A DNA stretch of 64,000 nt, from NCBI GenBank assembly GCA_002011425.1, contig MTNJ01000053.1, forward strand, positions 11,418-75,417. Direction: 5' to 3'. The notes below the pieces were generated by a model. The model made no database searches. It saw only the letters and a list, made by a program, of their open reading frames with translations, and had not been told where the DNA came from. The translations under genes and the position numbers were made by a program. Below are positions 17,497 through 26,419 of the stretch, piece by piece; positions within the stretch are counted from its first letter, which is position 1; the number at the start of each line of letters is the position of its first letter. The stretch is from Candidatus Acetothermia bacterium JdFR-48. Lineage in GTDB: Bacteria; Bipolaricaulota; Bipolaricaulia; Bipolaricaulales; Bipolaricaulaceae.

Positions 17497-18801
17497 TCAC
17501 CCGAGGATGGGCACGAGGTCACCCCGGGGATCCCCGATCAGGCGCACGTGGTACTTCTCGGTGAGGACCCGAACGATGTCCTCGTTGGCCCATGGCGGGA
17601 GCACCGGGCCGAGGTAAATCCCCCGGAACCCAAGGTCTAACAAGCTCCACAGGATCGCCACCGCCTTCTGCTCCATCCACATGAGGACCAAGGACAGAGG
17701 AAGCTCCGTCACCTCCACCCCGAAGAGCTCCGCAAGCCCTTGGGCGATCTCCACCGCCACGATGGCGTCGTTGCACTGGCCGAGGTCGATGAGGCGCGGG
17801 ATCCCCTCGATCTCGCCGAGGTCCAGATCGTTTATACGGAACTTCCCACACGCCAGGGTAAGGACTACCGTCTCCCGGGGTAGGGCACGGACGAGCTCCC
17901 GGTAGTACTCGTTCCTCTTCGTGGGAGAATCACATCCGCCCACGAGGAGGAAGCGCTTTATCTCGCCGGCCTGTACGAGCTCCTTTATCTTGGGAGCAAG
18001 GGAGAGGACGGCCCTCTCTGAGAACCCGGTGGTCAGTGTCGCACCCCCGGGCTCCTCAGGGAGATCGGGAAGGGAGAGGGCCACCTCGATCACCGGGGAG
18101 AAATCGTATCCCTCGATGTGGCGCGCTCCTGGGAGGCGGACGGTCCCGGTAGTGAACATGCGATCCCGGTACTCCTCCTGGGGGATGAGGGCGCAGTTCG
18201 AGGTAGCAAGGATGGCGGCGGGGTACTTTGCGAAGAGGGTCCGCTGGTCATACCACGCCTTCCCCAAGTTCCCCACGAGGTGTGGATATTTCTTGAGGCC
18301 AGGGTAGCCGTGAGCGGGGAGCATCTCCGAGTGAGTATAGACGTTTATCCCCGCCCCCTTCGTTTGCTTCAGGAGCTCTTCCAGGGCCTTGAGGCCGTGA
18401 CCGGTGACGATGATCGCCTTCCCCTCCACGGTGCCAGTGGGGACCTGGGTAGGGACCGGCTCGCCGTAAGCCTCGATATGGGCCTCCTTGAGGAGCTTCA
18501 TCGCCCTGAGGTTCACCCTCCCCGCCTCGACGGCAAGGTCCACCAGGCTCTCAGCGTCGAAGTTCACGTTGGTGAGCACGGTGTAGAGGGCCCGCGCGAG
18601 GAAGGAATCGACCTCGGGATCGGCCTTCCCGAGCTCCCGGGCATGGTAGGCGTAGGCGCTAATCCCCATGAGCGCGTACTTTATGTTGTCCTGGAGCCGG
18701 GCCACTGTGGGGACCTTACCGCATACGCCAGATTGGGTACAGGCGACGCCGCCCGTAGCTTGGGCGCACTGATAGCAGAACATCTTAAGCTCAGGGGTCA
18801 T
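17497..18801 (-). CDS. hcp: Hybrid-cluster protein / hydroxylamine reductase (short, class III-like)
   Basis: N-terminal Cys cluster [23 protein letters not shown]. 434 aa. GGGAGGA SD before the ATG at 18801. Confidence 0.9.
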   Translation of the reverse strand: MTPELKMFCYQCAQATGGVACTQSGVCGKVPTVARLQDNIKYALMGISAYAYHARELGKADPEVDSFLARALYTVLTNVNFDAESLVDLAVEAGRVNLRAMKLLKEAHIEAYGEPVPTQVPTGTVEGKAIIVTGHGLKALEELLKQTKGAGINVYTHSEMLPAHGYPGLKKYPHLVGNLGKAWYDQRTLFAKYPAAILATSNCALIPQEEYRDRMFTTGTVRLPGARHIEGYDFSPVIEVALSLPDLPEEPGGATLTTGFSERAVLSLAPKIKELVQAGEIKRFLLVGGCDSPTKRNEYYRELVRALPRETVVLTLACGKFRINDLDLGEIEGIPRLIDLGQCNDAIVAVEIAQGLAELFGVEVTELPLSLVLMWMEQKAVAILWSLLDLGFRGIYLGPVLPPWANEDIVRVLTEKYHVRLIGDPRGDLVPILG

Positions 18802-18925
18802 GTCCTGTCCTCCCGCTAATTTTTGGATATTTATGTCACAATATCTATTTTAACCCCGGTCGCCGCACTTTGCACGGACCCTCCCCCGGATGGCCCTTCG
18901 AGACCGACACATCTCTCTCCCCGTC

Positions 18926-18953
18926 TTGCAAGATCCATACAAAAAGATAAAAT
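18926..18953 (+). promoter_or_regulatory. Putative rpsT promoter
   Basis: TTGCAA (18926-18931), 16 nt spacer, TAAAAT (18948-18953). About 40 nt of leader containing AAGGAGGGGG. Confidence 0.4.
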
Positions 18954-18998
18954 CCCTCCCGGTTTTCTTGAGAACCTGGCCAAGGAGGGGGATCCACG

Positions 18999-19259
18999 AT
19001 TCCAAACACACGTTCAGCAGCGAGACAGCTTCGGAAGAGTTTACGCCGCAGGCGCCGAAATGATCTGCGAAGAAGCGCCATCCGATACTGGCGCAAGCAG
19101 ATATTGAAACTCCTCGCCGAAGGCAACAAGGAAGAGGCCATGAAGATCTTCCCGAATTACCAGAAGGCGGTGGACAAGGCCGCCACCCACGGGACGATCC
19201 ATCGGAACAAGGCCGATCGCCTCAAGGCCCGCATGTGGAACAAGATCCTCGCCGCTTGA
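18999..19259 (+). CDS. rpsT: 30S ribosomal protein S20, apparently initiating at ATT
   Basis: Not in the ORF track. The frame reads (ATT)PNTRSAARQLRKSLRRRRRNDLRRSAIRYWRKQILKLLAEGNKEEAMKIFPNYQKAVDKAATHGTIHRNKADRLKARMWNKILAA*, 86 aa. It has the S20 hallmarks: MPN..SA..R N-terminus and D.AA..G.IH.NKA.R.K near the C-terminus. An in-frame TGA sits at 18969-18971, with no ATG/GTG/TTG/CTG between it and the conserved N-terminus. Confidence 0.8.
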   Translation: MPNTRSAARQLRKSLRRRRRNDLRRSAIRYWRKQILKLLAEGNKEEAMKIFPNYQKAVDKAATHGTIHRNKADRLKARMWNKILAA

Positions 19260-19267
19260 GGTGAGAG

Positions 19268-20182
19268 ATGGGTTATAAGTACGACTTCCTGGGAAAGGCG
19301 AAGTTCTTTTCCACGCTGTCTTTAATTCTGGTACTAGCGAGCATTGTGGTCCTGGCGATGGTCGGCTTTCGGGCCGGGGTAGAGTTCACCGGGGGCACAC
19401 AGCTCACCGTGGTCTTCTCCGAACGGGTCCCCGCGGACGAGCTCAGAACCTTCCTGGGGAAATTCTCGCCGGGCGGAGTGGACCTCGCAGCCACATCCAT
19501 CCTCCAGGAGACCTCCATTGAGGGAAGGCCGGCGTTCCTCATCACCATCCCTCTGAACGTCGAGGAGCATGGGAAGCTAATTGAGAGGATCGAAAGGAAT
19601 ATGCGGGATGAGTTCCCTGTGCAGGGGGACATCTCCCGCACCTCAGTAGGAAAGCAGGTTTCGGAGGATCTCATTCGCCGCACCTGGCAAGCGATCCTTG
19701 TCGCCATCTTCGGGATGCTCGTTTACATCTCCTGGCGGTTCCGTCTGAGCTACGCCGTGGGGGCGGTGGTGGCGTTGGTACACGACGTCCTCATCGCTTT
19801 GGGGATCTGTGCGCTCCTCGGGGTTGAGATCAGCCTCCCGGTGATCGCCGCGCTCCTCACCATTGTGGGTTACTCCCTGAACGACACCATCGTCATCTTC
19901 GACCGCGTCCGGGAGAACCGAAAGCTCCACAAGAAGGGCGAACTTTTCCACATCATCAATCGTTCCATCAACCAGTCCCTCACCCGGACGATCAATACCT
20001 CGCTCACCACCTTGATCCCGGTGGCGATTCTACTCGTTTTTGGGGGGCCAGTGCTGCGGGGGTTCGCGTTGGTGATGCTCATCGGCGTCATCGTGGGAAC
20101 TTACTCGACCATCTTCGTGGCGAACCCCATCTTCTACATCTGGAACACCTACGCCCAGAGGCTTCACGCCAAGGCCCGTTGA
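19268..20182 (+). CDS. secF: Protein translocase subunit SecF
   Basis: 304 aa with GVEFTGGTQL and six TM segments, including LNDTIVIFDRVREN. No secD is adjacent. Confidence 0.9.
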   Translation: MGYKYDFLGKAKFFSTLSLILVLASIVVLAMVGFRAGVEFTGGTQLTVVFSERVPADELRTFLGKFSPGGVDLAATSILQETSIEGRPAFLITIPLNVEEHGKLIERIERNMRDEFPVQGDISRTSVGKQVSEDLIRRTWQAILVAIFGMLVYISWRFRLSYAVGAVVALVHDVLIALGICALLGVEISLPVIAALLTIVGYSLNDTIVIFDRVRENRKLHKKGELFHIINRSINQSLTRTINTSLTTLIPVAILLVFGGPVLRGFALVMLIGVIVGTYSTIFVANPIFYIWNTYAQRLHAKAR

Positions 20183-20212
20183 CCTCCCGCTCAATTGGTC
20201 GCGAGCGCTTTT

Positions 20213-20980
20213 TCAACCTCGATTGAGCTTCATGTGGAGCCAGGCGGCGGCGGTATAGGCGAGCAGGAAGGGGACCGCCCAGAGGCGCTTCACGCGACGG
20301 GGATTTTGGAATGCCCTCCATAGCCATTCCAGTCCCACCTGTTGCACCCAGATCGGCGCACGTGGGAAACGGCCGGCCCAGATGTCAAACGTGCTTCCCA
20401 CCGCCACCAGTACCCCAGCGCCACAGTTCTTGTGTGCCAAGATCCAACGTTCCTGCTTGGGAAACCCCAGGCCTACGAAGAGGAGGTCCGGCGCCAATTT
20501 CCTGATCTCGTCGATCGGCCCTTCCCCGGAGAAAAAGCCATGATAGTAACCCACGATCGCCAGCTCGGGGAAGCCCTCTTTGAGTTGTGCCACCGCTTTT
20601 TCCAGCAGTGGCCACTTTGTCCCGAGGAGGTAAACCGAGAGGCCCCGTTTCTCGGCGACGCGGCATAGCTCCCAAGCCAGGTCCACCCCTGTCACTCGGG
20701 AGAGCCGCACGCCGAAGGCGCGAGCGGCGAAAGTGATCCCGATCCCGTCGCAGGCCACGAGGTCAGCGCGGCGGAGGAGGCCTCGGACCTCTGGGCACAG
20801 GATGCCGAGGGAGAGGGCCCGGGAATCCGGCGTGAATATCACGATTCCGCGCTCGCCCAGGGAGAGCCGCTCCATGATCTCGGAGACGAAGTCGTTCAGG
20901 TTCAGGCAATCGAAGGGAACACCCCAGAGCTCTATCCGCCTTCCCATACGGAAGAATGGCGGATATGGTGTGTGGCTCAT
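20213..20980 (-). CDS. WecB/TagA/CpsF-family glycosyltransferase
   Basis: GVPFDCLNLNDFV..., VYLLGTKWPLLEKAV, PDLLFVGLGFPKQERWI. ATGA overlap with the jag stop (20977-20980). Confidence 0.85.
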   Translation of the reverse strand: MSHTPYPPFFRMGRRIELWGVPFDCLNLNDFVSEIMERLSLGERGIVIFTPDSRALSLGILCPEVRGLLRRADLVACDGIGITFAARAFGVRLSRVTGVDLAWELCRVAEKRGLSVYLLGTKWPLLEKAVAQLKEGFPELAIVGYYHGFFSGEGPIDEIRKLAPDLLFVGLGFPKQERWILAHKNCGAGVLVAVGSTFDIWAGRFPRAPIWVQQVGLEWLWRAFQNPRRVKRLWAVPFLLAYTAAAWLHMKLNRG

Positions 20981-21423
20981 CCCCGCGGCTCGATGACCAC
21001 GTGCCGTTTGTTCCCCTGCCCCACGGAGTAAGTCCGCACTTTGGGATGATCGGCGAGGGCGAGGTGGATCAGACGGCGTTCCGCCGCTGGCATAGGTTCC
21101 AGTTCTATCTTCCGGCCCTCACGCAGAGCTCGCTCGGCGAGTTCTTTGGCCCGAGCTATGATAGTTCGTTCCTTCTCGCGAACCCTCCCGTTTATGTCCA
21201 GGAGGAAGGAGCTCCGCTGCCGCAGACGTCGGAGATACAGTCGCAGGACATGGGAAAACGCCTCCCGAAACTCGGTGTCGTCCTCGGGAATGGTCCGGAA
21301 GTCTCCACGGAGGTTAATGTAGAGGCGGTCCTCTTCAGAAAGGAGTTCCACCTCACCGTGTTCTCCTAGGATATCGAGGAAACCCTGTAAAAACTTCTTG
21401 ATTTCTTCAAGTCTCTCCGGCAT
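20977..21423 (-). CDS. jag: Jag/KhpB-like RNA-binding protein (KH + R3H)
   Basis: C-terminal R3H motif ERRLIHLALADHPKVRTYSVGQGNKRHVVIEP. Located immediately downstream of yidC, as in many bacteria. Confidence 0.85.
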   Translation of the reverse strand: MPERLEEIKKFLQGFLDILGEHGEVELLSEEDRLYINLRGDFRTIPEDDTEFREAFSHVLRLYLRRLRQRSSFLLDINGRVREKERTIIARAKELAERALREGRKIELEPMPAAERRLIHLALADHPKVRTYSVGQGNKRHVVIEPRG

Positions 21424-22909
21424 CGCCGCCCTCTCCCTTGGGTTGCGGCGGACTCGTGATGCCAGCGCGTGTGAGCTCCCAGTGAACCACGGCCTGCATA
21501 ATGCTCTGAACCGAAGAATAGAGAAACCAGTAGAGCCAGAGCCCGGCGGGGAAGTTGCGGAAAAGGAACGCGAAGAAGAGGGGAAATATCCAGCCGATGA
21601 GTTGGGCCCCGCCCCCGGCCTGAGTGGGCGCCCGTCGCGTGGTGAACCATTGCCCGAGGAGCTGCACCGCCACGGTGAGAGCGATGATGATATAGTAGGG
21701 ATCGGGCAAGGAAAGATCCGGGATCCAAAGGAACGGGGGCGAAAGGTGGAATAGTTCGGCGGAATTGAAGATGGACTGCCAGAGCAAGATCAAGAAGGGG
21801 AACTGCAGGAGGAGTGGCATACACCCCCCGAGGGGGTTCACCTTCTCCTGCCGGTAAAGTTCCACGAGGTGCTTTTGGAACGCCTCCTTGTCCTCCTTAT
21901 AGAGGCGTTGGAGGCGCTGGATCTTGGGTTGGAGTCGCTGCATCTTCGCCATGGAACGGATCTGGCTGCGGGTCAAGGGGAAGAGAAAAAGCTGGGCCGT
22001 GAGCGTGAAGAGGACGATCGCCCAGCCGTAGTTCCCGGTGGCGTGGTAGAGGGCCTCCAGGAACTTGATCACCCCCACCAGGAACCGCGAGAAGAAGCCG
22101 AGTTCGACGATTCCCTGGAGACCGGCCTTCTCAAGGAGGATGTAACGGTTTCGGCCGGCATACAAGGTGAAGCGAAGGGTAAGCTCCCCCGAAAGCTCGG
22201 GGACCTCGAGCCCGAACACGGGCTGTCCGGCCGCGTTCCTCTCCTGGAAGGGCACCACCGGGAGCTCCCCATCGACCTTCCAGAAGAAGACGGAGAGCTT
22301 TCCCACGAGTCCCAGGCCCTCGAAACGGTCGTAGGCTCCCGGGGCGAGGGGGCTCTTCTCGGCCTCGCCGTCGTAGAGGTAGAGGAGCTCCGGGGCCCCT
22401 TTCTCTTGGGGGAGGTGGCCGAGGACAAGCTTTATCCCCTTGCCCTCGCCGACGAGCTTGACCGTGACCGGCGCCGTATAGACTGCCTTCTCGGCGATCA
22501 CGAAATTCTTCTCGACCTGGAAGGCACCATCGTTCCAGGAGAGCTTGACCTCCACCTCATCGGCGTCTTTTCGGGAGCAAGAAAGCTCATAAAGCGGTGG
22601 TTTCTCCAGAGGACTCCCATCAGGCCAGATCTCCAACGGGAGGCTCACCCCTTGGACGAGGGCCGGCTCCCTCTCCTGGGTCCAGCCAGGCACAGCGTCG
22701 AGCTTCACTGTGCCGTAGGGGGCGAAGTAGAGGTAGCCCGAGGCCAAAACCCCGCCCCGCTCCCAAAACCGGTAGCGGACCAGGGCATTCTCTACTATAA
22801 GCTCCTTCCCTCCTTGGGATGAGGTCCCAACGCTGACCTCTACCTCAGCTAGGGCCGGGATACTGGTGAAGAACGCTGCGACAAAGAAGGTGAGAAAAAA
22901 TTTCGCCAT
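21407..22909 (-). CDS. yidC: Membrane protein insertase YidC
   Basis: Large periplasmic N-domain plus a conserved C-terminal core (PLTRSQIRSMAKMQRLQPKIQRLQRLYKEDKEAF...GGCMPLLLQFPFLILLW). The ATG at 22909 (MAKFFLTFFVAAFF) is preferred over the ORF-track TTG at 22948. Confidence 0.9.
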   Translation of the reverse strand: MAKFFLTFFVAAFFTSIPALAEVEVSVGTSSQGGKELIVENALVRYRFWERGGVLASGYLYFAPYGTVKLDAVPGWTQEREPALVQGVSLPLEIWPDGSPLEKPPLYELSCSRKDADEVEVKLSWNDGAFQVEKNFVIAEKAVYTAPVTVKLVGEGKGIKLVLGHLPQEKGAPELLYLYDGEAEKSPLAPGAYDRFEGLGLVGKLSVFFWKVDGELPVVPFQERNAAGQPVFGLEVPELSGELTLRFTLYAGRNRYILLEKAGLQGIVELGFFSRFLVGVIKFLEALYHATGNYGWAIVLFTLTAQLFLFPLTRSQIRSMAKMQRLQPKIQRLQRLYKEDKEAFQKHLVELYRQEKVNPLGGCMPLLLQFPFLILLWQSIFNSAELFHLSPPFLWIPDLSLPDPYYIIIALTVAVQLLGQWFTTRRAPTQAGGGAQLIGWIFPLFFAFLFRNFPAGLWLYWFLYSSVQSIMQAVVHWELTRAGITSPPQPKGEGGDAGET

Positions 22910-23005
22910 AGCGGCTACAAATTTATCCCTGGCCCGATTCGTCCGCAAGGAACGGCATTTCCGGGCTGAAAGGAACTAGGTATAAGCGTGATGTCACACA
23001 GTGTG

Positions 23006-24202
23006 TTAAAAGATTTGGATTAGAAAACCCTTGAGGTAGGCGCCCTCGGGGAAAGTGAGGCCCACGGGGTGGTCCTCAGCCTGGTAAAGGCGTCGCAGGA
23101 TTTTCGCTTCCCGGCGCACGTCCACCGCCGCAGACATCACCGCCCGCAGGAAGAGCTCCTCGGAGACGTGGCCGGAGCAGGAGAAGGTGAGGAGGTACCC
23201 GCCCCGACGCAAGAGCCTCATCCCCAAGATGTTTATGTCCTTGTAGCCCCTGAGGGCGTCCTCCACCTCGGCGGCGTTCCGGGCGAACTTCGGGGGATCC
23301 AGGACCACGATATCGAACTGCCTCCGCTCACGGTAAAGGCGCCTCAGCTCCTGGAAAGCGTTCCCCGCCACGAACCCGGCACGCAGGTCCGAGAGGCCGT
23401 TCAGGAAGAGGTGGTCTCGGGCCCAACGGAGGTGCTTGGCGGAATCCTCCACGAAGAGGACCGATACCGCCCCCCCGAGCCCCGCGTGCACCCCGAAGCC
23501 GCCGGTGTAACTGAAGACATCCAAGACCTCTTTCCCCTCAGCGATCTCGGCGAGGATTAGACGGTTCTCACGCTGATCCAAGTAGAAGCCGGTCTTATGG
23601 CCGCTTCGGATGTCCACGTAGAATTTCGCCCTCCCCTCCCGGATCTCGAGCTTCGGGGGTGGCTCCTTCCCGTAGATGTACCCCTTGAAGGGCTCCAGGC
23701 CCTCCAGGTTCCTGACACCCACGTCGGAACGCTCGTAGATCCCGGCCGGCGAGAAGAGCCCCGCCATGAGTTCGACGAGGAGCTTTTTCCGCACCTCGAT
23801 CCCGTAGGTGAGGGCCTGAAAGGAGATGAAGTCCCCGTAGCGGTCGACGATCAACCCGGGGAGCCCATCCGATTCGGAGTTCACCAGCCGCACGGCGTCC
23901 GTTCCCGCCAGGAGGCGTTCCCGGGAACGGGCCGCCCGCACCAGGCGCTCGGCCCAAAAGTCCTCGTCGATCTTCGTGGCGAAGTAGGAGAGGATCCGCA
24001 CGCGGATCTGGGAATTCGGGTTGTAGTAGCCACGGCCGAGGAAGTTCCCCCGATGGTCCTTCACGTCCACGATAGCACCGGGCTCAGGGGTCCCCCGTAC
24101 CTCGGCGATTGCCCCCGCGTAGACCCAAGGATGAAGACGTCGCAGGGGGCCCTCCCGCCCCCTCGCGATGATGACCTCGCCCGTAGGTTTCTCGGCGGCC
24201 AA
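23006..24202 (-). CDS. rlmI: Class I SAM-dependent rRNA (cytosine-C5) methyltransferase, RlmI-like (PUA + MTase)
   Basis: N-terminal PUA-like HPWVYAGAI, SAM site VLDVFSYTGGFGVHA, and VVLDPPKFA. TTG start 2 nt after the upstream stop. Confidence 0.8.
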   Translation of the reverse strand: MAAEKPTGEVIIARGREGPLRRLHPWVYAGAIAEVRGTPEPGAIVDVKDHRGNFLGRGYYNPNSQIRVRILSYFATKIDEDFWAERLVRAARSRERLLAGTDAVRLVNSESDGLPGLIVDRYGDFISFQALTYGIEVRKKLLVELMAGLFSPAGIYERSDVGVRNLEGLEPFKGYIYGKEPPPKLEIREGRAKFYVDIRSGHKTGFYLDQRENRLILAEIAEGKEVLDVFSYTGGFGVHAGLGGAVSVLFVEDSAKHLRWARDHLFLNGLSDLRAGFVAGNAFQELRRLYRERRQFDIVVLDPPKFARNAAEVEDALRGYKDINILGMRLLRRGGYLLTFSCSGHVSEELFLRAVMSAAVDVRREAKILRRLYQAEDHPVGLTFPEGAYLKGFLIQIF

Positions 24203-24204
24203 AG

Positions 24205-24933
24205 CTAAATGTGCTGCAGGGCTACTCGAGCCACGTGGGCTCGGTCGTCATCCGAGAGCCAGCGGCGAAGCTCAGCTAAAACCGGAGTGGGATCCTTCCG
24301 TCCCAGACGCCACATAGCTGAGGCCACCGCCCGCCACACGTACCGCCGCTCATCGAGCGCCAACCGTCGGAGGATGATGAGAGCCTTGTTGGTCCGCCGA
24401 ATGATCGCTGCCCCCGAAAGTCCCATGGCCACGTTCCAGAGGACCTGTTCATCGTGGTTTGTAGACCACTTGGTGAGGTACTCGAAGGTGTCGTCGGGAT
24501 AAGCCGGAAGAAGGCCTTGAGCGATGACCTTGGGGCCCACTGCCCAACGCACCTGAGACGCCTTGTCGGAGAGGAGGAGCTCCACTAGCCGCAAGAAGGG
24601 ATCCGCTAGATCGAAGCGGAAGGGGTGGATCGCCTCGAATACCGCCATGGCCACGGCCTTCCGCACGAGGGGGTTCCTGTCCTCAGCCCACCCCTGCAGG
24701 TATGGGTAGACCTCCTCGAAGTTTTCGTAGAGAAATGTGCCGAGGGACCGATGAGCCGATCGCTGTGTTTCTACGTTGCCGCCCACGATGATCTTCCGCA
24801 GGCTCTTCAGTACCTCGCTGACCGCCTCCCCGGATTTGCGGGATGAGATGATAAGCTCCGGGATGGGACCATTGTGGTGATTATCATTATTGTTACCCTG
24901 ATCTTTTTCGCTGTGATGTGACCTTTTCACCAT
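24205..24933 (-). CDS. HEAT-repeat protein (DNA-alkylation-repair/AlkD-like fold)
   Basis: Repeated helical pairs with W..D.N..VR.A motifs (WAEDRNPLVRKAVAMAV, DKASQVRWAVG, DERRYVWRAVASAM). Asn/His-rich N-terminus. The ATG at 24933 is preceded by GGGGAG; upstream ORF-track codons overlap fmt. Confidence 0.5.
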   Translation of the reverse strand: MVKRSHHSEKDQGNNNDNHHNGPIPELIISSRKSGEAVSEVLKSLRKIIVGGNVETQRSAHRSLGTFLYENFEEVYPYLQGWAEDRNPLVRKAVAMAVFEAIHPFRFDLADPFLRLVELLLSDKASQVRWAVGPKVIAQGLLPAYPDDTFEYLTKWSTNHDEQVLWNVAMGLSGAAIIRRTNKALIILRRLALDERRYVWRAVASAMWRLGRKDPTPVLAELRRWLSDDDRAHVARVALQHI

Positions 24934-24979
24934 TCCGCTCCCCCGCCGGGGATCAGGGTAGTGCTCGGCGAGAAATTTG

Positions 24980-25894
24980 TCAAACGAAGTGCTCCCCGGG
25001 CCGGGGACGGTAACCATTGAGGAAATCCACCCCCCGGATTTCTTTCTTACCCTCGGGCTTGAGCGAAAGGACCTCGATGATCCCCTTCCCGGTGGCGATG
25101 AGGAGCCTCTTCTTGTGGGGAAGGATCTCCCCCGGGGGGGCATCCGGAACCTCGGAGAAGGGCCTCGTACGGTAGAGCTTCAGCCGCTTTTCCCGGAAGG
25201 TGGTGTATGCCCCGGGGGAGGGAGCGAGGCCCCGCACTAAATTGTGGATCTCACGAGCGGTCGCCGTCCAGTCGATCTTCGTGTGCTCCTCTTTGATCCT
25301 CGGGGCAAGGGTGCCCTCAGCCGGCTGGGGTTTCGGACGGAGCCCTCTCCGAAGGTACCCTTCCACCGTCTCCACGATGAGGTTCGCCCCGAGCTCGGCG
25401 AGGCGCGCCTCCAATTCCCCCGCGGTCTCGTCCTCCTCGATCCGCACCGCCCGCTGGAGCAGGATCGGCCCCGTGTCCATCCCCTCGTCCATGATCATGG
25501 TGGTGACCCCGGTCCAGCGCTCGCCGCGGATGATCGCCCACTGGATTGGTGCTGCCCCGCGATATTTGGGAAGAAGCGAGGCGTGGACGTTGATGCAGCC
25601 GTATCTCGGGAGGTCCAATACCGCCTTTTTCAGGAGTTGGCCGAACGCGGCGACGACGATGAGATCGGGCGAGATTCTCGCCAAATATTCCAAGGAGTCG
25701 GGCTTGTTGATGGAGCGAGGCTGGAAGACCTCCAGGCCCAACTCACAGGCGACAACCTTCACTGGCGGAGCCTTCAACCTCAAGCCTCGACCCGCGGGCC
25801 TATCGGGTTGAGTGACCACCGCCACGACCCAACTTCGCTCGGCAAGGGCCCTCAGAGAGGGGACCGCGAACTCCCCCGTTCCGGCAAAGACGAT
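24980..25894 (-). CDS. fmt: Methionyl-tRNA formyltransferase; the start codon is unresolved (ATC at 25894 proposed)
   Basis: HASLLPKYRGAAPIQWAI and the C-terminal Fmt domain are present. The universally conserved N-terminus RIVFAGTGEFAVPSLRALAERSWVVAVVTQPDRP is in frame, but upstream of the first canonical start (GTG at 25825). It is bounded by an in-frame TAA at 25924-25922 with no ATG/GTG/TTG in between. Confidence 0.85.
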   Translation of the reverse strand: MVFAGTGEFAVPSLRALAERSWVVAVVTQPDRPAGRGLRLKAPPVKVVACELGLEVFQPRSINKPDSLEYLARISPDLIVVAAFGQLLKKAVLDLPRYGCINVHASLLPKYRGAAPIQWAIIRGERWTGVTTMIMDEGMDTGPILLQRAVRIEEDETAGELEARLAELGANLIVETVEGYLRRGLRPKPQPAEGTLAPRIKEEHTKIDWTATAREIHNLVRGLAPSPGAYTTFREKRLKLYRTRPFSEVPDAPPGEILPHKKRLLIATGKGIIEVLSLKPEGKKEIRGVDFLNGYRPRPGEHFV

Positions 25895-26382
25895 GCGCGG
25901 GCGGAAGACTCCCTCACCTCCTTATAGCGCCGCAGGACCTCACGGCGTTCTGCCGCGGGAAGATGATCGATGAAGAGGATCCCGTCCAAGTGGTCAATTT
26001 CGTGGAGGAGGAGTCGGGCCTCCAGGCCTTCCAGCTCGAGACGGATTTCCTTTCCCCCTTCGTCCTGGGCCCGGATTACCGCCCGCCGCGGGCGGGGAAC
26101 CTCGGCCTCCACCCCCGGGAGTGACAGACACCCTTCCGTGTCCACCTCGAGCTCGTCGGAACGCTCCACCAATTCGGGATTGAGGAGGACTTTGGTTCCC
26201 TCCCCCAGACGCACGATGGCGACGCGCACATCGTGTCCTATCTGGTTCGCGGCGAGCCCCAGGGCGGCCTCCGGGTCGAAGGCCTCCTTGAGGGCCGCGA
26301 TGGCGGCGAGCGTCTCTGGCTCGCCCGGCGTCGCCCGTTTGGACGGCTTACGCAGAGCAGGATCAGGATAGACACGGATCAT
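25852..26382 (-). CDS. def: Peptide deformylase
   Basis: All three motifs are present: GLAANQIG, EGCLSLPG and HEIDHLDG. The ATG at 26382 is preceded by CAGGAGG. The 3' end overlaps the conserved fmt N-terminal coding region by 43 nt. Confidence 0.9.
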   Translation of the reverse strand: MIRVYPDPALRKPSKRATPGEPETLAAIAALKEAFDPEAALGLAANQIGHDVRVAIVRLGEGTKVLLNPELVERSDELEVDTEGCLSLPGVEAEVPRPRRAVIRAQDEGGKEIRLELEGLEARLLLHEIDHLDGILFIDHLPAAERREVLRRYKEVRESSARASSLPERGSSRSPL

Positions 26383-26411
26383 TTGGGCCTCCTGAAGCGG
26401 CCGGGTATTAT
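26383..26411 (+). promoter_or_regulatory. Putative recG promoter predicting a leaderless mRNA
   Basis: TTGGGC (26383-26388), 17 nt spacer, TATTAT (26406-26411), then 8 nt to the ATG at 26420. No SD. The whole def-recG divergent gap is only 37 nt. Confidence 0.35.
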
Positions 26412-26419
26412 AGTGGGAT

